From: Haliotis rubra | Taxonomy: Eukaryota | DNA length: 64,000 nt | NCBI RefSeq assembly: GCF_003918875.1 | Contig: NW_025767302.1 | Span: 1,922,001-1,986,000, forward strand | Reading direction: 5' to 3' | Position numbers and translations under genes: made by a program | Shown here: positions 33,868 through 46,883 of the stretch, piece by piece | Position numbering within the stretch: the stretch's first letter is position 1 | How the letters are laid out: each line of letters begins with the position of its first letter | The notes under the pieces: generated by a model | The model's input: the letters and a program-made list of their open reading frames with translations, nothing else | Told to the model about the DNA's origin: nothing | Databases searched by the model: none

Positions 33868-33994
33868 AACAGTCTGTCTCTAATCTCAGACGTCCGTTGT
33901 GAGTATGCGCAGCGCAGAGGGTAACAGGATACGGACAGATCTCGAAGGGAACGGCCGCTATGATAATCGCTTTTAGTTAACATTTTCCAAAACT

Positions 33995-34172
33995 ATGGAA
34001 GCTGGGGAGTTACAGACGGATGGTCATATCGGGTATGTCCAGGGTGGTGTGGCTGTATTTAGTACAACAGTGCCTGAGAGCGAAAGCTTCAAGGGTAGGT
34101 TGGAAACATTTGCCACGAAACCAAACGAAAAGGAAAACCGCGTCCTTGCCCTGGCTGGGTTTTCATACACAG
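33995..34172 (+). CDS. IAP paralogue 3 exon 1 (N-terminal half of BIR1)
   Basis: RLETF...LALAGFSYT ending ACA G|gtaaga, phase 1. Confidence 0.85.
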
Positions 34173-35774
34173 GTAAGACAACTATTAACTGAAGCACTTG
34201 TTTCTCATGTGATAATTGCCAGTTGTAATACTAGTAAATATGGTAAATATTACCAACAAATCGATTTGATTAAAAAGAGGCAATTGTGTATAAAAAAACA
34301 ACAAAAAGAGCATGACACAAAGACAATGAGACTAACCTAGTCCAGCATATTTTAAGAATCTGTGGTATATGTCTCAACTAATTACGTTAGATGCATAGTT
34401 TTTGTGTTGTTTAATTTGCACGTTACTGTTTTGTGTGTTATCCAGGCACGGAAAGAACAAAACCATAATCGTGTTAGTAATATATTATAAGAATGATTAT
34501 GATATTTGTACTATTGTCCTCATTTACTGCAGTAATGATATTTGTACTGTAGTTATATTTTCTTATGTACAGTGTACGCATGAATGATTATGCAAAGGTG
34601 TTTATGAGTGAATCTGGTTGAGGTCTGAAATATAGTTCACAGTGAACGCAGTTACTGGCGTCAAGACAGATACTAGGATAAAGTTAGGTCTCACGTCACA
34701 CGACCTCATTTAGTGTGTATATGGCCTACACGTGAGGTCTATAAATGTTTCATACATCTTGTAAACATTTCAAATTCTGGCATTCATTTATTTTCAATTT
34801 AGAACCCAAATATATGATGAATGCCAAGCCCTGAAACCAAATCATGGTAAAGTGGCCATAGCTGTATATGTTCGTGAACTTCCAGTTGTGGTGAAGCAGT
34901 GGGGGCAATTTTACTGTCCTGATTTACAATTCTGTTTCGTTCATTTTTATTTTGGATGGACAGACTCTTAAACCATGCTTGTATAGAGAAAGTTAAAATA
35001 CTTGGATAAAACAGATGTAATAAGAATATGAAAGGTTTGTTTCAACCTGAAGCTTTTCAGCCTTTGCTGGTATTGTGTATAAATGAAGTCAGTATTAGCA
35101 GACCAATTTCCTTTAGAGTCAATTACAGTTACAAGATATTTATACTGGGGGACTATTTCCTCCTGACGTTGGGATCGAAAATCTCTTTCTTTGTTTTAGA
35201 ATCAAAGTCAGTAATCTGTTTTGGTGACATTTAGCAGTAGATGATGATATGGACACAAGTCTTTAAATTGGGTATTTCTTTTCCATAGAGGTCATCACAG
35301 TCAGTAATAAGCACTACAAGAGCTGCATCATCAGCGGACTTGATGAGTAAACAACCAGCTTTATGAGCTGTGCAGTCATTTGTATGTGCTGTCAATAACA
35401 TTGAGGATGCCTACAGACAATGACGGAAAACGAAGAACTATTCTAAAACAGAGAGGACAGGACTTTAGCAACGGCAGTGGTGCAGCAATCAAAACAACTG
35501 GTTCAATGTTATTGTGATTTGATAACTTCTGATTGATGCATCAGACTCGAGTACTTTCAAAATTCATGGATGTTTGCTTCATTTTCTACTGCAGTTATTT
35601 TCATGTTTATGAAACCTAACAAGAATCGTCCTCCATTCTCACACATCTTGTTTTGGAGATATTACCCACAGATTACTTCCAAATCCAGTCATGCGAAGCA
35701 GAGATCATATACCGGTATGTGGTCTCTGTGCGAAGGTGCAAGATATGACATTTTTCAGGGATCAAAATCGGTCT

Positions 35775-36180
35775 CAGGGGTTAAAAAATCCCATCTCCCC
35801 GACGCCTGGGACAAGTCAGGTTTCATTTCGGGCAATCAGATAATGGTATCTTACTTGTCTGTGTGCTACTAGATAATTTCCACTTATGGTTTCAAACTGC
35901 AAATAAACTTGGATTTAATTTCATATCTGCTCAAAATGTAGCTATTAAATTTTGCAATTATAATAAAGTAGAGTTATCTTTCTTTGCTGTTTATCACTTT
36001 TCAATAAATAGTCCAGTAAACATTAACATCAAATACCATGTTGTTTTATTCTTTCATAATTACTTCATCATAATTATGTCATAAAATCAGGGCAAGTGGA
36101 AAAGTAGTCAGGACAAGTAACTTTCTTAAAGTCACTTGCCCTGTGGAAAGTGGCTTTTTAAAAAAAAAATTGAACCCCTT
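35775..36180. mobile_element. Probable hAT/P-type MITE in the IAP3 intron
   Basis: Termini CAGGGGTTAAAAAAT and ATTGAACCCCTT, with GG(A/G)CAAGT subterminal motifs. Confidence 0.45.
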
Positions 36181-36649
36181 GGTCTTCATGGTAGGGTATT
36201 GTGATGACAAGAATGAAATATTTTAAATGTGCCCTGGCAACAGGACTAAAATTATAAAAATAATACACAATTCATTTAATGGAAAATGCGATAAGCTTAA
36301 CCAACTGAAATGATTCAAAACCTATTTGTGCACTTCATAAAACTGTTTATCAGTGACACTCAATCTCACAGCTCAACATGGGCATGGGCATTTTGAATGA
36401 CAGTGCACGTAACAGGAAATCCCATTTTGAAATGACATAATTGTTTTGATGTTTTGAGTTCAATTGGATCATCAAAAGGTATGGACATGCTTATTTTCAC
36501 AAAGGAACACCTAAATTATGTCTCTGGTACCCAGTGGTGCCCTGAGAAAAAAATGCATTTGTATCCCTGCCTTTATAATAACTGAGTACTTATTACCTAC
36601 AGTGTCACTATGAAATACTCATGCTAATTCCTTGTTTTTCCACATCCAG

Positions 36650-37665
36650 CTCCTGACACAGTGCAATGTGGCCACTGTGGTCTTCAGCTGCCTCTGACCC
36701 ACCAGCTCGACAATGTCCTGCAGGAGCACCAGAGGTCCAAACCCAATTGCCCTTTCATCAGCAAACTGTCCAACCCTACCCCAAGGACAGCCCCCAAGCA
36801 TCCTGAATACAGGGAGGCTGCTGCTAGGCTTGATTCTTTCACATCATGGCCGACAGCATATGTACCTCAGTCCCCGGAGAGTCTTGTAGCTGCTGGCTTC
36901 TACTACATCGGCTCAGCCGACAGAGTCACATGTTTCCAGTGTGGAATAACCTTGAGGGACTGGGATGTAGGTCACGACCCCATGACTGAGCACCGAGAAT
37001 ATTCTCCCAATTGTGAGTTCATCAATAAACCCGACTTGAACCAACTTGGAGTTGCCCGTAGGGTAATATCTGACCTTGACATTGATGTTGCCGCAAGTGC
37101 ATCAATTGGTAACCTTGACCTTCAAAGTGATAGCAGTGGTGTGCCCAATACAGATGGTAACTTTGATGATGTTGAGAAGGAGGCACGGGAAATGGGGTTC
37201 ACTTCCGATAAGATCCGTAGGGCGAAAGACATATTTTGGAGGAGAAATGGAAGGTCCTGTGGAACGATCTCTGATCTTGTAGACTGTATCTTAACTCTGG
37301 GCAATGACAAGTCTAATAATGAAGAGAAATTAGCCACCAAACTTCCATCTGTTGTTTCAAATTGTCAAAGTACTTTCAGAGATGAAGCTCATTTGTCATC
37401 TCCCGTCAAGGAAATGGTCAAGTCTGATTCTGAAATTAAGCCAACAAAATCTCCAGATACTAAGGTCAAGAATGCTCACCTTTTGTTAGAGAATAAACGT
37501 CTTCGTGAGCAGAGGCTGTGTCGAGTCTGTCGCCAGAGGGACGTCTGTACATTGTTCCTCCCCTGTGGCCATCTTGTTACATGTGAAACATGCGCAGAAG
37601 CAGTTGATGATTGCGTTCTTTGTAACAAGACTATCATGGGAACAGTAAAGACATATCTCACGTAG
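36650..37665 (+). CDS. IAP paralogue 3 exon 2 (BIR1 C-half, BIR2, UBA-like, RING)
   Basis: The ttttccacatccag acceptor is phase 1 and in frame. Contains CGHC..EH..CPF, a second full BIR, an EMGF UBA-like motif and a RING ending GTVKTYLT. The joined CDS is 397 aa. Confidence 0.92.
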
Positions 37666-38861
37666 GCCAAAGCAAGAGATCTTTGAAAGGATTTACAGTT
37701 TGTTTGGGCTTTAGATTGTCACCAACTATCCACAATAACTCCGCCATTACTGATTTTCTCACAAGAACATTCAGTTCATAAAGGAATAAGTGCTTGTGCT
37801 TAAAAACTGGATGTCAAAGATAGCTGAACACTGAGATTACAGAACACGGACTCCTGATATGTGCTGAGGTCCATATATGAATACTGTCAAGTAGTACTGT
37901 TCATATATCATGGAGTTTGACATGTTTTTGACAATTGGTGTGGAAAACCAAATGGACATGTCCTTATATTTGACTTTCAAGCAGTACTGTTCATATGTCA
38001 TGGAGTCGGCCATGTGTTTGACAAGGAAAACCATATACATGTAGACATATCCTATATTTGACTGGGGTGATATGTATGTATCAAACTAATCAAATCAGAT
38101 TCTGTGTGCCAGCATGAGTGAGGTGTGGAACAAAGGTAGTTCCGAAGGTGCTCCTGTACAATCACCTTGTATATAACACAGTACCAGCGAAGTGCGTTGT
38201 AACATTCCTCACAGATGCTTGGACTTCCACAGTGAAACAAAGCCAACATTCAATACATAAGTGAATCCATCAAAACATGTATTGATATCTCAAAGATGAA
38301 ACTATGCATTCTAAAAGAACCCTGTGATATGATTGACATCATGGACTTGCTTCTTTGTCAGTTGTGCTGCCAGTAGTATATCGCATTCCTACACAGAGTT
38401 GTAGAACTTACTGAACCTGGGATACTGGTATTGCTGCCCCAATCAAAGTTATGTGAGTGTTCAGCTGATGTACTCAAAGATTAGGAACAGTATCAGAATC
38501 ATAATATCTGTTCCTGGACTGTTTCAGTGACTTCTTATACACAGTTGAAACATGGATGAAGACTTGTCATACTAACCTAGAGCCTTAGCTTGTTTCATAA
38601 ACATCCAAAAGAAATCTGAGGGTTTGGATGCCTAACATTTTCAAATACTATCTCGACGGGACTACTGATGACTGTTTGATTTGCACGTAGTATCCTGTCC
38701 TACCCTCCTGTCAAGCTAGTTGGTAGCTAGTTGGTTGTGGCTTGCTGGGTGGGAACAGAGTACTCGTACAACTCAACTCAACAGGACTAGTTTAACCATG
38801 GGATTATCACCAAGAAGACACTGACTTGTTTTCCAACTTAGGTTGAAAGTGTGAATATGTA

Positions 38862-40168
38862 TTCCCAACACAATCGGGGACCTCTGGAGGATGTACATAT
38901 TGACAGTTTTGTGTCTGACAGAATGAAGGTCCCTTGGAAGATGTACTGTTAGTGTGTGATCCCAGCACAATCAGGGACCTCTGGAGGATGTACATATTTA
39001 CAATTTTGTGACTCTTGACACAATGAGGGCCCCTTGGAAGATGTACTGTTAGTGTGTGATCCCAGCACAACCAGGGACCTCTGGAGGATGTACCCGGTAC
39101 ATATTTACAGTTTTGTGACTCTGACACAATGAGGGCCCCTTGGAAGATGTACTGTTAGTGTGTGATCCGAACACAATCAGGGACCTCTGGAGGATGTACC
39201 CGGTACATATTTACAGTTTTGTGACTGACACAATGAGGGCCCCTTGGAAGATGTACTGTTAGTGTGTGATCCAGCACAATCAGGGAGCTCAGGAGGATGT
39301 ACATATTTACAGTTTTGTGACTCTTGACACAATGAGGGCCCCTTGGAAGATGTACTGTTAGTTTGTGATCCCAACACAACCAGGGACCTCTGGAGGATGT
39401 ACATATTGGCAGTGTGTGACTCTTACAGTAAGGGCCCCGTGGAAGATGTACTGTTTGTGTGTGATCCCAACACAATCAGGGACCTCTGGAGGATGTACAT
39501 ATTGGCAGTTGTGTGTCTGACACAATGAGGGCCCCTTGGAAGATGTACTGTTAGTGTGTGATCCGAACACAATCAGGGACCTCTGGAGGATGTACCCGGT
39601 ACATATTTACAGTTTTGTGACTGACACAATGAGGGCCCCTTGGAAGATGTACTGTTAGTGTGTGATCCCAGCACAATCAGGGAGCTCAGGAGGATGTACA
39701 TATTTACAGTTTTGTGACTCTTGACACAATGAGGGCCCCTTGGAAGATGTACTGTTAGTGTGTGATCCCAACACAACCAGGGACCTCTGGAGGATGTACA
39801 TATTGGCAGTGTGTGACTCTTACAGTAAGGGCCCCGTGGAAGATGTACTGTTTGTGTGTGATCCCAACACAATCAGGGACCTCTGGAGGATGTACATATT
39901 GGCAGTTGTGTGTCTGACACAATGAGGGCCCCTTGGAAGATGTACTGTTAGTGTGTGATCCCAACACAACCAGGGACCTCTGGAGGATGTACATATTGGC
40001 AGTGTGTGACTCTTACAGTAAGGGCCCCGTGGAAGATGTACTGTTTGTGTGTGATCCCAACACAATCAGGGACCTCTGGAGGATGTACATATTGGCAGTT
40101 GTGTGTCTGACACAATGAGGGCCCCTTGGAAGATGTACTGTTAGTGTGTATTCCCAACACAACCAGGG
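38862..40168. repeat. ~97-bp satellite with higher-order structure
   Basis: About 13 monomers (CACAATCAGGGACCTCTGGAGGATGTACATATT..GAGGGCCCCTTGGAAGATGTACTGTTAGTGTGTGATCC). Variants recur with ~397-bp and ~193-bp periods. Confidence 0.95.
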
Positions 40169-41154
40169 CATTGTGGGATAATGGTTGATCAGTTGTGAGA
40201 AAGGGTGACACTGACTGACAAGAATCATAGCGTATACCTCAGCCTAGGCTGACTTTGCTACAGTAACTGTTCTACTTCTCTGTGCTGTAGCATGAACATA
40301 GTTGTAGGTGTTAGGTATCTAGATACATTCAACAGCCATGTCCAAAACCTTCCTTCTGTAAAGCAGCCATGAATGATTCAAGAATATGACTATCTCATTT
40401 GTTCATGACTGCTTTTTGCATCTAATAGGTGCATTGAAGAACAGAAGGAAGACATTTTCGATAAATATCACATCATTATCTGAACAGACCTGTATAAGTT
40501 TCTGGTTTCATGAGTTTCTGCTTTTATGTTGCAGCTGCAAACAAAAAGAATTAAATTCTGTTTTTAATGGAAAATTTTGAAAAATGACATACTTTGTAAA
40601 AAATATTTTCAAGATTATATTCTTGCTCATTTTAATTCAGCTAATGGTTGATATATGATGGACAAAAATGTTGAATATACTTGTATCTTCTCAGTTAGTG
40701 GACAAACCATAAACATGCATTGTATCATGCTTGCATGTGCTGATTTTTCATCTCTACCAAAGCCAAGGCATGCCTCTCTAACAGTTCTACCAAAGCTGTT
40801 ATTATGGTGTTGACAGATATAACCTGTGGTTGCTCTAGTGAAAAAGCAAAATCTGTACTGAATCTTTCACTCTTTCATGCTTACCTGTATATCACACGTT
40901 TTGAATATTAGTTAAATGTTCAGATACATTTGAATACTTTAGAGTCAGGTGACAAGTTATCAGTAAATGCTATTCAGAGGGTTAAATGTAGGGTTAGTCA
41001 ACCCATCTTAAGAAAAGGATAGTCATTTGTTCTCATAATTTTCACAGCAATCATCATTATTGGTGAAGGCTATATATTCTTTTGTTCTTACTTTAGTTTG
41101 TTTGTGTATTTTTCTTTTGCAAATCTTCTCTTAACATGCTTTATGTTTGTATAC

Positions 41155-41373
41155 AATGGTAACCCACATATCCAGACCCCAGATATCTGTCAACGATGGT
41201 TTTGCAAAATCGGTATGACTTGGTTGACACATGTCATCATATCCCAATTGCATAGATTGATGTTCATGCTGTTGATCACTGGATTGTCTGGTCCAGAGTC
41301 AATTATTTAGAGACTGCCGCCATATAGCTGGAATATTACCGAATGTGGCATAAAACTAAACTCACTCACTCAC
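41155..41373 (+). mobile_element. Meta/MESC-like SINE, decayed
   Basis: GACTTGGTTGACACATGTCATC..GGATTGTCTGGTCCAGA..(TCAC)n. Confidence 0.7.
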
Positions 41374-41405
41374 TACAGAAATCCGTAAACATAATATCAA
41401 ATATC

Positions 41406-41527
41406 CTAGGCCTAGATTTTCAAAGCTCTCTTAGAGCTAAGATAGTCGTAAGTTACTGTTAATTAACTAAGTAATGTAAGTCAATTACGACAATCTTAAC
41501 ACTAAGAGAGCTTCGAAAATCTAGTTT
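41406..41527. mobile_element. Small hairpin MITE
   Basis: CTAGATTTTCAAAGCTCTCTTAG ... CTAAGAGAGCTTCGAAAATCTAG. A second copy is at 53892-53998. Confidence 0.8.
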
Positions 41528-41984
41528 CTGGAATGAAAATTAATCTTTTTAATTGATCATCCTTAGAGAATAGTCTGTTCATTAACAGACTTACTGAAAA
41601 CTATATTATATAAGTATTGGAGTAGTTAAAGCACTAATGTCTGACAGATGCACTATAGGTACATTACGTGGATCAGTAAGTGATCTTGGTAATGCCCTTT
41701 TTTGTGCTACATTCCTTAAAGACCTCCAAATATCCAGAAGTGTTTAATAAATGTTAACTAATGACTTTAATTGATGTTTATGTTACAGTCTGAAATTATA
41801 CGATATATAAACCATTTAGGTTCCACGACATGCTGATTCAGCAGCTCTCAATGTATGCATTGATTTAAATGCTTCTGTATATATGTTATTTCAATAAAAC
41901 AAGAACTACAATAATTCTTGTTGATACATCTATGAATATATGTGGTGAGACTGATCATATCTTAAGAGAGTTGTATGTTTTGTA

Positions 41985-42467
41985 AGTGAAATGATTAAAG
42001 AAATGCGTGGATTTGTGACATGATTGCATGAAATGCACGGATTTGTGAAATGATTGAAGAAATGCACGGATTTGTGAAATGATTGAAGAAATGCACTCGG
42101 ATTTGTGAAATGATTGAAGAAATGCACGGATTTGTGAAATGATTGAAGAAATGCACTCGGATTTGTGAAATGATAGAAGAAATGCACGGATTTGTGAAAT
42201 GATAGAAGAAATGCACGGATTTGTGAAATGATTGAAGAAATGCACTCGGATTTGTGAAATGATTGAAGAAATGCACGGATTTGTGAAATGATTGAAGAAA
42301 TGCACTCGGATTTGTGAAATGATTGAAGAAATGCACGGATTTGTGAAATGATAGAAGAAATGCAGGGATTTGTGAAATGATTGAAGAAATGCACTCGGAT
42401 TTGTGAAATGATTGAAGAAATGCACTCGGATTTGTGAAATGATTGAAGAAATGCACTCTGGATTTGT
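41985..42467. repeat. 29/31-bp minisatellite
   Basis: About 16 copies of GAAATGATTGAAGAAATGCAC[TC]GGATTTGT. Confidence 0.95.
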
Positions 42468-42840
42468 AAGGTGAATGGACTCCGTGTTTGTAAGACTGAT
42501 TTACTCATATATCTTCTAAAACTGAAAATAAAAATAAGCATTTTCTTTCATTATAGTAGTCATGATAATCATTGGCGATTAAGTTAAAGATGGCATTCAA
42601 GATTTGTTGTAAAACTGATTTACCATGTGAACACCTGCAGTTATCATGGTTATAATATGGTATTGAGTAACGGACACTAGTGTTTCTCTACAGTTACTCT
42701 ACATTTGTTGAGTTCTGCCAGATATTACTGTCGGGTGGTTTAAGGAATCCTCTCAATGTCTTGAGCAACTAACTCAATATGAAATCTGAAGCTCGTCAGT
42801 CAGTTCTGATCATCTCACTGATGGTGATCATGGTGATATA

Positions 42841-44320
42841 TACTGAACCACAAAAGAGACATCGCTTTTCAAAACCAAATGCAAGATTTTGTTCTTACAA
42901 ATGGTGTTTTTATTATGGTATTTTTATTATCGTTTTGTTAACATGTTTTTCAATCCATATTGACACTGACAGTAATTACCAACATCAGTGTCTTTCTGAT
43001 GAAAAAGCATATTGACCAAATGCACCTTAAAAGGCAGACTTGGTAAAAGGTTCCGTATGACATTCATGAAAATGCACATGCATATTGTGACAACCCTACC
43101 AATGAAAGCAAGTCCAAAACTCGCCTGAAATCATTTTTGTTTTGACACAATCGTCATGGCACAAATTACAAGAGATCAGAGGAACCAAGTCTTCGGACGA
43201 TTGCAAGTTGGCCAGACTGCCAATCATTTTAATGTTCATGTTAGGACAATCTACCGACTGCAGGAGTGGTATCGGGTCACTAACAGCATCCTAGACCGTC
43301 CACGCAGTGGGCGACCTTCAGTAACATCACAATGTCAAGACCGACAGATTGTGCGCTACCATCTGCAGGATCGCTTCCCCAGAGCGATAGAAAGAGCTCA
43401 CCAGACCATTGGGACTCACAACAGACCCATCAATGCCGATACAGTGCGTCTGCGTTTGCGCGGAAGAAACCTCTGCTGTCACAGACCCTATCGTAGTCCT
43501 GTTCTCACCGCTCATCACCCCCAAAACCGACTGCAATGGGCAACTCAGCATCGAATTGGCGTTATCGACAATGGAGAACTGTTCTTTTTTCTCATGACAG
43601 CCCATATTGTGTTTCGACAGTCGGTGGCAGAGTAAGAGTATGGTAAAGGCGTGGGGAACTGTTTCTAGTGAGTGTATTGTTGAAAGAGACTCGTGGGGTG
43701 GTCCAAGCATCATGGTGTAAGGTGCAATCGGTCTGAACCAGATAGCTGGCAGTGTGATGTTCCAGAATCTCGGTCCAGGATGAGGAAATGACGTGACAGC
43801 TGCTCACTATATTGACCAAGTCATAAAACCCCACGTTGTACCACATTTTAAACGTTACAGAAATCACATCTTCCAGCAAGACAACGCTCGTGCCCACACT
43901 GCCAGAGTAACATTGGACTTCCTAAAACAACATGGCATCCAAACTCTACAATAGCCTGCACTCAGTCTTGATTTGAGTCCAATAGAACACCTTTGAGACG
44001 AGATTCAAAGAAGACCGAATGACCGTCACCCAAGGCCGACAACTCGATCAGGCATTTCACAGAGTATGGACCCTAAGTGCCTATGGCCTTCATCAACCGG
44101 CTAATTGATTCCATGTACATAGGATACACACAATACTGACTTTGGGGTATCTTAATGGTACCATTTTTGGTGATTTTGTTTGTGTGAACTCTAAATGTGA
44201 TTCCCGAAAATGTGTTAACCATAATTGTCAACTCCTCCGTTTTGATTGTTCATTAGAGTGAATTAAAGTGTATGCTTTAAGAAATCACTATCAGTGCAAC
44301 ATTTCTTTTGTGGTTCAGTA
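42841..44320 (+). mobile_element. Full-length decayed Tc1/mariner transposon
   Basis: Inverted ends TACTGAACCACAAAAGA and TCTTTTGTGGTTCAGTA, 1.48 kb apart, enclose a transposase relic. Confidence 0.9.
43156..44125 (+). pseudogene. Tc1-family transposase pseudogene
   Basis: HTH N-terminus with DRPRSGRP, plus GGPSIMV, FQQDNARAHTARVT and LDLSPIEHL motifs. Contains frameshifts and stops. Confidence 0.88.
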
Positions 44321-44947
44321 TTACCTGTTAACACAATGCAACCCAATTGCCAAAAGTAGATACACATGTATATCTTATTTCCTTTTGAAATGTCCTGTAC
44401 TATAGTGTCCTGACTAATGCCCAACACAAAACGCATTATTTTTAATATGGTCCACGATAACAAGTGGAGATAACCCATGTGAGGTTTTAGTTTATATATT
44501 ATAAACAACCACAAACAATTGTTTTAACTTTAAGGCAAGCTCCAGTGTAAGGAATACAATGAAAGGTCACAAATCACTGAAAACTGAAGTGTATGCAAGA
44601 AAGAAAACAAATATATATATCTTTAAAAATGTATTAACAAATGTACCAAATAAACAATGGAAGAAACATGACTTTTAAAAGTAGCACTGGTTGCAAGCTT
44701 CAGGATGTGATTTATCCTGTGTTTGTGAACTTGTAACTCTCATATTCAGATCCTTATCACCATGATCACAGATAGATGTGTTGGATGTGTTGTGTCAGCA
44801 ATGTTTTGACAGTCACACAGTCAAATTCAGTGCCTGATGTCCTAATCCACTGGTTGATCTCTTCTACATATCACATGTATTTGTGTCTTCTACATATCAC
44901 ATATATTTGTGTCTTCTACATATCACATATTTGTGATATATACAGGT

Positions 44948-46786
44948 TGGTATCTCCGGAAGTCACCAGACATCGCACTCCACTTGGTATCTCCAGAAGT
45001 CACCACACATCGCACTCCACTTGGTGTCTCTGGAAGTCACCAGACATCGCACTCTACTTGGTGTCTCCAGAAGTCACTAGACATCGCACTCCACTTGGTG
45101 TCTCCGGAAGTCATCAGACATCGCGCTCCACTTGGTGTCTCCGGAAGTCATCAGACATCGCGCTCCACTTGGTGTCTCCGGAAGTCACCAGACATCACAC
45201 TCCACTTGGTGTCTCCTGAAGTCACCATACATCACACTCCACTTGGTGTCTCCGGAAATCACCAGACATCGCACTCCACTTGGTGTCTCCGGAAGTCACC
45301 AGACATCGCACTCCACTTGGTGTCTCCGGAAGTCACCAGACATCGCACTCCACTTGGTGTCTCCGGAAGTCACCAGACATCACACTCCACTTGGTGTCTC
45401 CGGAAGTCACCACACATCGCACTCCACTTGGTGTCTGCGGAAGTCACCAGACATCGCACTCCACTTGGTGTCTCCCGAAGTCACCAGACATCGCACTCCA
45501 CTTGGTGTCTCCGGAAGTCACCAGACATCACACTCCACTTGGTGTCTCCAGAAGTCACCAGACATCGCACTCCACTTGGTGTCTCCAGAAGTCACCAGAC
45601 ATCGAACTCCACTTGGTGTCTTCCGAAGTCACCAGACATCGAACTCCACTTGGTGTCTTCGGAAGTCACCACACATCGTGCTCCACTTGGTGTCTGCGGA
45701 AGTCACCACACATCACACTCCACTTGGTGTCTCCGGAAGTCACCACACATCGCACTCTACTTGGTGTCTGCGGAAGTCACCACACATCGCACTCCACTTG
45801 GTATCTCTGGAAGTCACCAGACATCGCACTCCACTTGGTGTCTCCGGAAGTCACAAGACATCGCACTCCACTTGGTTTCTCCGGAAGTCACCACACATCG
45901 CACTCCACTTGGTGTCTGCGGAAGTCAACACACATCGCACTCCACTTGGTGTCTCCAGAAGTCACCAGACATCGCACTCCACTTGGTGTCTCCGGAAGTC
46001 ACAAGACATCGCACTCCACTTGGTGTCTCCGGAAGTCACCACACATCGCACTCCACTTGGTGTCTCCGGAAGTCACCAGACATCGCACTCCACTTGGTGT
46101 CTCCGGAAGTCAACAGACATCGCACTCCACTTGGTTTCTCCGGAAGTCACCACACATCGCGCTCCACTTGGTGTCTCCAGAAGTCACCAGACATCGCACT
46201 CCACTTGGTGTCTCCGGAAGTCACCACACATCGCACTCCACTTGGTTTCTCCGGAAGTCACCACACATCGCACTCCACTTGGTGTCTCCAGAAGTCACCA
46301 GACATCGCACTCCAATTGGTGTCTCCGGAAGTCACAAGACATCGCAGTCCACTTGGTGTCTCCAGAAGTCACCAGACATCGCACTCCAATTGGTGTCTCC
46401 GGAAGTCACAAGACATCGCAGTCCACTTGGTGTCTCCAGAAGTCACCAGACATCGCACTCCAATTGGTGTCTCCGGAAGTCACCAGACATCGCACTCCAC
46501 TTGGTGTCTCCAGAAGTCACCAGACATCGCACTCAACTTTGTGTGTTCGGAAGTCACCAGACATCGTGACTCCAATTGGTGTCTCCGAAGTCACAAGACA
46601 TCGCGAGTCCACTTGGTGTCTCCAGAAGTCACAGACAGACAATTGGGTCACCAGACATTGGGCACTCCATGTTTAGGTCTTCTGTCAATCACCAGACATC
46701 GCTCTCCACACGTTGGTGTCTCCGGGAGTCATCAGATATAGTTTCGCTCTAAACGTTTGGGGTTGTCTGTAAATCACCACACATCA
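44948..46786. repeat. 37-bp satellite forming the CTC1 3' flank/UTR
   Basis: About 48 copies of TTGGTGTCTCCGGAAGTCACCAGACATCGCACTCCAC, degenerate at 46530-46786. Confidence 0.97.
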
Positions 46787-46883
46787 TAGCCAACGTCGTT
46801 CAGATCCAGACACTCGACCTGCAGATAGGGTAGACAGCGGGTCTCAAACATGGCATTGGCCTTCACACTGCGATAGGTAAACT
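46774..46883 (-). CDS. CTC1: CTC1 terminal exon
   Basis: gttgcag|AG TTT..., FTYRSVKANAMFETRCLPYLQVECLDLNDVGYDVW*, phase 1. Confidence 0.8.

Noticed and set aside
38773-40228. Cluster of overlapping 60-106 aa ORFs
   Set aside because: These are translations of the 97-bp satellite.
41930-42541. 150-200 aa ORFs in three minus-strand frames
   Set aside because: These are translations of the 29/31-bp minisatellite.
44776-46741. 610, 514 and 429 aa plus-strand ORFs
   Set aside because: A stop-free 37-bp satellite gives the same peptide in all three frames, antisense to CTC1.
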